Of a stretch of DNA of 64,000 nucleotides, positions 37,503-45,022 are shown piece after piece; position 1 is the first letter of the stretch; every line of letters begins with the position of its first letter. The notes under the pieces are model-generated. The model was not told the origin of the DNA and ran no database searches. It saw only the letters and a program-made list of their open reading frames with translations. This DNA is from a virus. The translations under genes were made by a program, and so were the position numbers. The DNA lies in the IMG/VR virus record IMGVR_UViG_3300028043_000001, positions 32,001-96,000 of that record; one strand, 5' to 3'.

Positions 37503-38057
37503 TTGGCAAAAAAGAAAGAAGTCGAGTTACACCGCCAAGCATTTGAATTGTACGTTCAAGGCTTAACCTTGATCGAAATTGCTTCGGCATTAGGTGTAAG
37601 TCCTAACACTTTAAAATACTGGAAGTCCAAGAACTGTCAATGCGTGTGTGCTTTCCATGACTGGGTTGACTTTAAGAAGAAAGTCCAGGCTCAGGTACCA
37701 CAAACAGTAATTGATGCTACCAGCTCTGCGCTTATCCCAAAAATGTCTGCTCAAATGATGATTAAGCAACTCGAGCAGATTTGTGCGGAAGAACTCGGGA
37801 AAACCGATGGTTTACGTCCCAAGACTTGGAAAGAACTTATTGAAACTTTCAAGCTTTTGGTTGATTTAAGGAAAGTCTATGGAGTGACTGAAGAAGAAGA
37901 CGTTACTTTGACTCGCACTGAAACGAGAACCGTCGAAGAGAAAATCCAAATCCACACCGCAGTTGATGACTTTGTTAAGCAGCTTCACGAAAGACAAACT
38001 CAACCCAAAGAGAACGTTGTTGACCTTCTCGTCGATCAGTCCCGAAGCGCCCTTTAA
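37503..38057 (+). CDS. Terminase small subunit (HTH)
   Basis: AFELYVQGLTLIEIASALGVSPNTLKYW; upstream of TerL. Confidence 0.65.
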   Translation: MAKKKEVELHRQAFELYVQGLTLIEIASALGVSPNTLKYWKSKNCQCVCAFHDWVDFKKKVQAQVPQTVIDATSSALIPKMSAQMMIKQLEQICAEELGKTDGLRPKTWKELIETFKLLVDLRKVYGVTEEEDVTLTRTETRTVEEKIQIHTAVDDFVKQLHERQTQPKENVVDLLVDQSRSAL

Positions 38058-38099
38058 TTTACAACTTACTAGGTAAAGTCTTGGGGGGGTTCTAGGTTA

Positions 38100-38966
38100 A
38101 TGAAAAGCTTAAGTCATAACAACACTACAAAAAGTATTTTGTGGATGCATGAAAAGTTTTTGTATCCCGTTGTTAGGGTTTTTGGTCAAAGGGCGGCTGG
38201 ATCTGGTACTGTGATTCATAGCCGTGAAGGAGTTTCTCGAGAAGGCGAGTTTGAAACTTTTGTGCTAACTAACCACCATGTAATCGAAGATTGTATAAGC
38301 CACAAAAAAGATTGGGATTCTATTCTAAAGCGCAATGTTGAGAAGGAGTTTCTCGAGAAGGCGCACGTCGAAACTTTCAGCTATGTAAACATGTCAACTG
38401 TTGACTCATCTAATCGATATAAAGCTGATATCGTTGCCTATGACAAATCCCATGATCTTGCCCTACTGAAAGTTGATAGCCCCCTCGAGTTTAAATACGT
38501 TGCTAAAATTATCCCCCGAAAGGAAATCGATGATATCAAACTTTTTATGGAGGTTGTTGCTTGTGGCTGTTCTTTAGGGCACGAGCCTTTATGCAACCAT
38601 GGACATGTCACTTTCCTCAAAGAAATTATCGATAAGAAAAAGTATATTATTTCTTCGGCTGGGGTGTACTTTGGAAATAGTGGTGGAGCGTTGTACCTCG
38701 CAGAGACCGGTGATTTAATTGGCGTCCCAAGTCGCGTTGCAGCCGTCCAATTAGGGTTTGGAGTTGATGTTATATCGTGGGTAGCATTCTCAGCTCATCC
38801 TGAAAGAATTTATGAATTCCTGGATGAGCAGGAGATGAAGTTCATTTATGAGCGTGGCGACACGTTTGCAAAGGCTTTGACGCGGCGACAGCAAAAAGAG
38901 AAGGACGCAATTCTGGCTTTAAAAGCTGAAATTGCCCGGCAAAGCGAAGAAGAGTCCGATTTCTAA
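38100..38966 (+). CDS. Trypsin-like serine protease
   Basis: GSG, TNHHV, DLALL, GNSGG. Confidence 0.9.
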   Translation: MKSLSHNNTTKSILWMHEKFLYPVVRVFGQRAAGSGTVIHSREGVSREGEFETFVLTNHHVIEDCISHKKDWDSILKRNVEKEFLEKAHVETFSYVNMSTVDSSNRYKADIVAYDKSHDLALLKVDSPLEFKYVAKIIPRKEIDDIKLFMEVVACGCSLGHEPLCNHGHVTFLKEIIDKKKYIISSAGVYFGNSGGALYLAETGDLIGVPSRVAAVQLGFGVDVISWVAFSAHPERIYEFLDEQEMKFIYERGDTFAKALTRRQQKEKDAILALKAEIARQSEEESDF

Positions 38967-38977
38967 GGAGCTCCATA

Positions 38978-39577
38978 ATGAAACCTTCCACAACGTGGAA
39001 CCGTGGAATAGCTATAATTGGTGCTGAGGGAAGCGGAAAGACCACCCTAATTAATGCACTGGAGAAGAGGATTGAAGTACCTGTTATGAAGGAGTATGTG
39101 CGGGAAGTTATGAGAGAGCTTGGACACTCTTCTCCAGTGCAGTGTGATGACCTTGGACAAATGAAAGCTTTTCAAGACGCCCTTGCGCGGAAAAGGCGTG
39201 GGTTAGAGCTTTCCTTTCAAGGAGCCTTCTTATCAGACCGCTCACCTGTCGACAGCTTTCTATATGCCCTAAGTGGCGTGGCAAGAGACCTTGAATCCCA
39301 AAGTTGGCTAAAGCAATACCACAGTGAGAGCTTGCGCCATACTATCGAGTCATATCAATTGCTAATTCTTGTACCGCACGGCAGGATTGGCGGAGAGATT
39401 GCATTTGATGGCGTTCGCAGCACTTTGTGGTTTAATGCACTTATGATGCACTACCTATTTATTGGTGCCTTGCCAGAGTTTGGAGTTGACCACTACACTG
39501 TAAGATACACTGCTCTTGAAGATCGAGTCGAAGAGGTAATTTACGTTTTATATCAGCGTGGGCTCCTCCAACTGTGA
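38978..39577 (+). CDS. P-loop nucleotide kinase (AAA_28/dNMP kinase-like)
   Basis: GAEGSGKTT, SDRSPVD, DGVR. Confidence 0.75.
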   Translation: MKPSTTWNRGIAIIGAEGSGKTTLINALEKRIEVPVMKEYVREVMRELGHSSPVQCDDLGQMKAFQDALARKRRGLELSFQGAFLSDRSPVDSFLYALSGVARDLESQSWLKQYHSESLRHTIESYQLLILVPHGRIGGEIAFDGVRSTLWFNALMMHYLFIGALPEFGVDHYTVRYTALEDRVEEVIYVLYQRGLLQL

Positions 39578-42075
39578 GAGACCTCCTTTCAAAACCATTC
39601 AGTAAATTAAAGCGCGATGAGGTCCTTATACTTCGTCGTACTGCAGAGGAGAGGTTTGATTTTTTCAATGCGTATTTCCTTGACACTGCCTTACAACCTT
39701 TTCACCAAAAATGGGTTGAGTTCCAATTAGGCAACTCCCGAACTTTAATTCTTGGACCTCGCGCTTGTTGGAAGTGTGCTAGCGCAAACTCTTTAATTCC
39801 TACCACTGAAGGCTTGGCCTACTTCAAGGATTTTCTCCCAGTTCCCACGAAACTTCCTTTTGTTGAATCTGTGGACAATGTTGTGGGATCATGTTTAGGT
39901 CTCACAAAAGCAACCCGTTTATTCTGCAACGGCATCAGCGACGTCTTGGAGATTGTAACCGAAGATGGCTTCACTCTCCAAGTTACCCCCGAACATCGCC
40001 TTCTTGTATGGGATGGTGGACGTTTGGCCTTTAATAGTGCAGGAGCTCTTTCAGTTCACGACCAAATTCTTTTCCGTTGTGACTGGCGTTCATTTGCGGC
40101 AGCTGATATTAACCCCTTCAACGTACCTTCAGAACTTTGGTTTTCTGCTCTTGCTTACTTCTATGTGGCCTATCCCAACTGGCAGCAGATTTGGCAACAA
40201 AAACATCTCCGTAAGACAATCGCACGACCGCTATGGAAGCATTTCAAACATGCTCGTAAGGAGGTTTTACCCAAAGCTTTAGAGGACTTTCTTGATTCCT
40301 TCGGGTTTGGCTCCCATTTAATTCCCAAACCTTTGCGGTGGTGCACTGCAGAATCCGCGCGAGTTATAGCAGAAATGTTTTGGTGGCTCAACCAGTTCAT
40401 CAAGTTTTCCGACGCCCAGGCTTGTGAAGTGCAAAATTGGTTTCTTAACTTGGGACTACCTTTACGTCGAGTAGGGCCTACTCTAACTCATATGAATGCT
40501 AGCCTACGAAACCACTTCCACCAGTTCCTCAGGGGAACTTACGAGTTCAAGTACTCTGAAGAACAGATAATCGAACTTGCCGGGTTAACGTTTTTGGAGG
40601 TAACGTGTTCTTCATTTGTTCCCCCCTTACTAAAATTTAAAGCTTTGCAAATGGGCAGAAAGGGATTCACCAACAAACCTACTCTGGCAACACAATTTGT
40701 TGGAGAGTTTCTGCAGCACGCTCCTAAGTTACGGCGCTTTGCTTTCATGTTTCGATTCCCCTTCTTTCTGCAAAGGGTTGCACACGTAGGTGAGTTTGAA
40801 ACACTCACCCTCGATTTTACAACGACTGAGGGCAACTACCTAATCAACGGCGCAGTAGGTCATAATTCAACAGTATGCGGCAAGAATTATGGAATTTGGC
40901 GTGCTTTAAAAAACCCCAATATTCGAATCGGTATAATTTCTAAATCCTCTTTACTGTCGTCAATGTTTGTAAGTCAGATTAAGCATATTCTTGAGACTAA
41001 CAGTAGAATCAATTACGTATGGAGTGATCTAATTCAGCCTAAAAAGGCCCAGAAGTGGAATAATAGTGAGGTGACCCTAATACGTCCAATGTCCCTAGCA
41101 AACGCGACATTCACTGCTATGGGAGTTGGTACTTCCTTAGCGGGGCATCATTTTGACATCCTTATCTTTGATGATGTGGTCGACACTGACCATCAGATGT
41201 CTCCCTCCTTACGCAAACGGCTATGGGATTGGTTTCGTTTCGTCGCGATGCAGACTCTGAGCGTGGCCGAAGAAACCCAGGCCCACATTATTGGCACGTT
41301 ATATCATCCCGATGATCTCTATCACCATATTATTAGGTTTGAGCGTGAAGGTCGAGGCAGTTGGAGCAGCTTAGTGCAGCCCGCGATAAACGAAGATGGT
41401 ACCTCGTTTTGGGAGGAGATGTTTCCTTTAAGTGCTCTACAAGAAATTGAGGCAACATACGGCCACGACGTTTTCCAGCTTCAGTACCAAAACGACCCCG
41501 ACTTTGGCTCAAGTGGTATTACTTGGGATATGTTTGAGGCCAATTACTACGAGCCCGAAAACATCAACCCCGACCTTTTGGAGGTTGTCATCGGAGTTGA
41601 TCTCGCAGCCCCCGAAGCTGAACGGCGCCACAAGCAAAGTTCTTTTGCAATTGTAGTGGCAGGTTTAGAGAGACAAACCAACAAGATTTTTGTGCTTGAT
41701 ATTTTAAAACGAACGAGTGTTCGGATGGCTGATCAGCGGGCGTTTATTGAAAATTTCTATTCGCGTTATCGACACACGTCAACCATTCAAATTGAAGCCT
41801 ATGCCGTGCAAAGTTACTTTCATGAATATTTGGGAGAATCTGAAATCGTGTTACCCTATGCGAAGGTGCAAACTGGAGGCTCAAAGGAGGCTCGGTTTGA
41901 TCATGTCCTTAACCTTTTAGCCTCGAATCGCCTCTATTTTCGTGCACACCTACACAACGAGCTCCTAGAGGAGATAATCAACTTTCCTAATACAAGCGCC
42001 GATTTAATCGACTCTTTATACCTAGCTATCAAGGGTTTTCATCGAGAACCTAAATTAAGGTTTTTGAATTGGTAG
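39574..42075 (+). CDS. Terminase large subunit, intein-containing
   Basis: PRACWK|S P-loop, GHHFDILIFDD, IGT..HPDD, QYQN, GVDLA, DLID. Confidence 0.9.
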   Translation: MRDLLSKPFSKLKRDEVLILRRTAEERFDFFNAYFLDTALQPFHQKWVEFQLGNSRTLILGPRACWKCASANSLIPTTEGLAYFKDFLPVPTKLPFVESVDNVVGSCLGLTKATRLFCNGISDVLEIVTEDGFTLQVTPEHRLLVWDGGRLAFNSAGALSVHDQILFRCDWRSFAAADINPFNVPSELWFSALAYFYVAYPNWQQIWQQKHLRKTIARPLWKHFKHARKEVLPKALEDFLDSFGFGSHLIPKPLRWCTAESARVIAEMFWWLNQFIKFSDAQACEVQNWFLNLGLPLRRVGPTLTHMNASLRNHFHQFLRGTYEFKYSEEQIIELAGLTFLEVTCSSFVPPLLKFKALQMGRKGFTNKPTLATQFVGEFLQHAPKLRRFAFMFRFPFFLQRVAHVGEFETLTLDFTTTEGNYLINGAVGHNSTVCGKNYGIWRALKNPNIRIGIISKSSLLSSMFVSQIKHILETNSRINYVWSDLIQPKKAQKWNNSEVTLIRPMSLANATFTAMGVGTSLAGHHFDILIFDDVVDTDHQMSPSLRKRLWDWFRFVAMQTLSVAEETQAHIIGTLYHPDDLYHHIIRFEREGRGSWSSLVQPAINEDGTSFWEEMFPLSALQEIEATYGHDVFQLQYQNDPDFGSSGITWDMFEANYYEPENINPDLLEVVIGVDLAAPEAERRHKQSSFAIVVAGLERQTNKIFVLDILKRTSVRMADQRAFIENFYSRYRHTSTIQIEAYAVQSYFHEYLGESEIVLPYAKVQTGGSKEARFDHVLNLLASNRLYFRAHLHNELLEEIINFPNTSADLIDSLYLAIKGFHREPKLRFLNW
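39775..40866 (+). mobile_element. Intein (364 aa) in the TerL Walker A motif
   Basis: Starts C-ASANSLIPT, block B TPEH, ends LDFTT..NYLINGAVGHN followed by Ser. Confidence 0.9.
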
Positions 42076-42077
42076 GC

Positions 42078-42497
42078 CTACGAAAGGGTTAGTATTTCAG
42101 AAGCAGCTTGAAAAATGAAGTCACTAACGTAGCTTGATTTCTGGGCATTGAAGTCAAAGTAGTTAACCAACCACGCCTGGGTTGGATCGGAGCTAACTTT
42201 GTAAATCACCGCGCCTGACGCTGTAATGGTGCTATTAATCCAAGTCGCCTCGTTGGACCATAACCTCGCCTCATTGTTTACCAGATCTATCATCACTGTC
42301 ACCCCAGTTAGTAATTGCCCGCCCGCTGAATAGCCTAAACCGGTCACTTCATTACTTATATTAACATAAGAGTGGTGGCTATCTTTGTCTGGAGTGTACA
42401 GACTTGACACCAACATTACCTTGAACGAGTCCGTAGCAAAATTTATTGCCCCGGTCATCACCTTTTCTTTGAAGATGTTATAGATTGTGTGAGCCAT
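42078..42497 (-). CDS. Conserved phage virion/fibre-associated protein
   Basis: D.FKVMLV...YTPD.D.H...NEV.G.GY.AGG...W..STITA.GAVIY pattern; clean fit between TerL and portal. Confidence 0.75.
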   Translation of the reverse strand: MAHTIYNIFKEKVMTGAINFATDSFKVMLVSSLYTPDKDSHHSYVNISNEVTGLGYSAGGQLLTGVTVMIDLVNNEARLWSNEATWINSTITASGAVIYKVSSDPTQAWLVNYFDFNAQKSSYVSDFIFQAASEILTLS

Positions 42498-42581
42498 CTC
42501 TATCTTATTTTGACCTCTAAGTTACTGGTTATCTCTCGAATCGTTTTAAACAAATTTGTTACAGGGGTCTGTTGGAAGGCA

Positions 42582-43895
42582 ATGGGGAAACTCCTCACTC
42601 TAGTTAAACACTTACAACCAGCTCAAAAGAAGATCGAAGTTCCGCTTTCTGTGGATACTACTCCCAAGGATTCAGAAAGCCGTTCGATGTATTGGCAGTT
42701 TTATCAACCACCTAGGAACTTCCAAACCATGCTTCAAGCCTACATGGTAAACCCTTGGGTTTATTCTGCAATCTACTTGATCGCCAATACTGCTTCAACC
42801 GTCCCCTTCAACATTTACACGAAACAAACGCAGCGACTCGCTGACAAGGATCACTACCTTTGGAAGATTTTTGAGCAGCCCAATCCTCACATGACCTTCA
42901 CAGATCTGCTCGAAGCTACCTTTATTTACATGGAGCTCATAGGCAATGCTTTTTGGGAGATTGTCATGAATGCGGATGGGTTTGTAAAAAATCTTTACCT
43001 TCTCGATCCCTGCAAAATGAGGATCGTTCCTCACCCCGACTACTATGTTATGGCTTATGAGTATCTCGTGGGGGACAAAAAGATTGTCTACAAGCCGTGG
43101 GAGATCGTTCACTTCAAATATTTCAATCCCTCCAATGAATATTGGGGAACTGGGAGCTTGCAACCAGTTTGGGATCAAATAATCTTGGACGGTAAATCCA
43201 CTGACTATAATGCTCGATTTTTCGAGAACGATGCAACGCCTGGAGGCGTAATAACATCACCTAGACCAATTTCCGATTCAGTGTGGAATCAACTCGTTGG
43301 ACGCTGGACAGGACGACATGAAGGCGTGAGAAAATCTCATAAAGTTGCGGTACTCGACGACGGCATGAAATTTGAAACCATTTCATCCACCCCCAAAGAG
43401 GCCTCATTTCCTGAGCTTAAGAAAATCGTTCGAGACACCATTTTTGTCGGCCTTGGCGTGCCTCCGACTTTAGCTGGAGTACCAGACGTAGCAAATTACT
43501 CAACGGCGCGAGTTGCCCAGAGTATTTTTTATGATAGTACAATTGCACCCAAGTTGCGCAAGGTCGCTGACTTAATCGACCAAAAAGTCATTGAGCCCCA
43601 GGATCCTACGTTGATGGGGGCCTTTGACACATCAATTGCCCCCATCAACATTGTCAAGCTGTCGGCGAACTCTCGTATTATTTCTCGTCTGGTGCAAGCA
43701 AAACTTATCACCTCTGATGAAGCAAGAGCCCTTTTGGGTTTGCCTCCTTTAAAAGAGGAGGAGAAACCTCCCAAAGAGAAGCCCAGATTTTCACCTAACA
43801 CTCCAGATGCGATGGGTGAATCTGAATCTACGGGTGAAGGAGAGGAAGAAGGTGATAAGGGGGATAAAGGACTTTTCACTAGGTCTGGGAGATGA
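42582..43895 (+). CDS. HK97-family portal protein
   Basis: PWVYSAI, PNPHMT, GNAFW, EIVHFK, FFENDATPGG, GVPP, NYS; GGAAGG before ATG 42582. Confidence 0.93.
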   Translation: MGKLLTLVKHLQPAQKKIEVPLSVDTTPKDSESRSMYWQFYQPPRNFQTMLQAYMVNPWVYSAIYLIANTASTVPFNIYTKQTQRLADKDHYLWKIFEQPNPHMTFTDLLEATFIYMELIGNAFWEIVMNADGFVKNLYLLDPCKMRIVPHPDYYVMAYEYLVGDKKIVYKPWEIVHFKYFNPSNEYWGTGSLQPVWDQIILDGKSTDYNARFFENDATPGGVITSPRPISDSVWNQLVGRWTGRHEGVRKSHKVAVLDDGMKFETISSTPKEASFPELKKIVRDTIFVGLGVPPTLAGVPDVANYSTARVAQSIFYDSTIAPKLRKVADLIDQKVIEPQDPTLMGAFDTSIAPINIVKLSANSRIISRLVQAKLITSDEARALLGLPPLKEEEKPPKEKPRFSPNTPDAMGESESTGEGEEEGDKGDKGLFTRSGR

Positions 43896-45022
43896 ACTTA
43901 CAGCAACTAAACCCTAAAACCGTTAGAACTATTAATGACCACGAACTGCAAAATTTACACTTCCGGTTACATCAACTGGCTTCACCTTATCTTCGCGAAA
44001 ACGCTTTTCAGAATCCCAAATTCCAGTCCATCGTTCTTAGGCACCGCCTCATCGCCTTTGAGATTATCCGCAGGGGTTTGCGGTTTAAAGTACATGATGA
44101 GCTTGATCGTAAAGCCCTGCCAGAAATTGAGTCGTTTGTAGAACGCTTCTCTAAACTCATCCCCGGAAAGTTATCTGATCTGTCCAAACTGGAGCTCATA
44201 CGTCTGCACAATCAACTACACAGCGTATGGAGTGTCGTGCACGCTCAGCAAGTAACCACCACTCAGCAAGAGCAATTGTTCAACTGGCACCGGATGTTGC
44301 AAAGAGAAATTGAGCGTCGCGACATCGAACATCCGACTAATTGGGATTCCCTAGACCGCCCACTAGGTCAAGCGATTAGCAGCCTCTCTAGGACTCAAGC
44401 TTCAGGGCAGGAGATGGGCGAGTGGCTTTTCATAGAAGACCTCCTGCCCCTCATTCCCGAGGTTTTGCCAATTAAAAAAGGCATCGTTCTCATTGACGAA
44501 GAAAAAGGAAAGGTTTATTTATCCAATATAGGGGGCAGGCAACTTATAAAAGTTATGTATTTCCGGATTCTGCGCCAATTCCCTCGTTCGGAGTGGTCGC
44601 GCTTTAAACCAGTGAGCTTAGATGAATTGGGTGCGGTCGATATTTCGTACGATTTAATTATGAAGAAGCTCGACCCTTTATGGACTGTGCAGCTAAGTTT
44701 TAATTTTGAGGACTTGTGTCTTGTTAAGCCCTTTCTCTTTATTGTGGGAGGCATTGCGACCCAAGGAAGTTCGAAAAACGACATCGACATCCTTCTTCGC
44801 CAGGGCTTGGAAGAGTCCTTCGAGCAGCAAATTTACCTAACGTTTATCAATGCCTTCCCCGAAAAATATCGTCCCCGCTTCACCAGAGTTGAAGATTCGG
44901 GGCTTTCACCTTTTACGAGCTACATTGGCGTCTATTCTTTAGAACTCGTAAAAGGAGATCCCAGTCAAATTGAAGATGATAAAGAGGAGCTAGTAGAGGA
45001 TAATGAAGAGCAGACAGTCTAA
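43892..45022 (+). CDS. Helical-repeat plus Pol-beta-like nucleotidyltransferase protein
   Basis: Two EL..LH..LH...E..RR repeats; VGGIATQGSSKNDIDIL NTase motif. Confidence 0.65.
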   Translation: MNLQQLNPKTVRTINDHELQNLHFRLHQLASPYLRENAFQNPKFQSIVLRHRLIAFEIIRRGLRFKVHDELDRKALPEIESFVERFSKLIPGKLSDLSKLELIRLHNQLHSVWSVVHAQQVTTTQQEQLFNWHRMLQREIERRDIEHPTNWDSLDRPLGQAISSLSRTQASGQEMGEWLFIEDLLPLIPEVLPIKKGIVLIDEEKGKVYLSNIGGRQLIKVMYFRILRQFPRSEWSRFKPVSLDELGAVDISYDLIMKKLDPLWTVQLSFNFEDLCLVKPFLFIVGGIATQGSSKNDIDILLRQGLEESFEQQIYLTFINAFPEKYRPRFTRVEDSGLSPFTSYIGVYSLELVKGDPSQIEDDKEELVEDNEEQTV

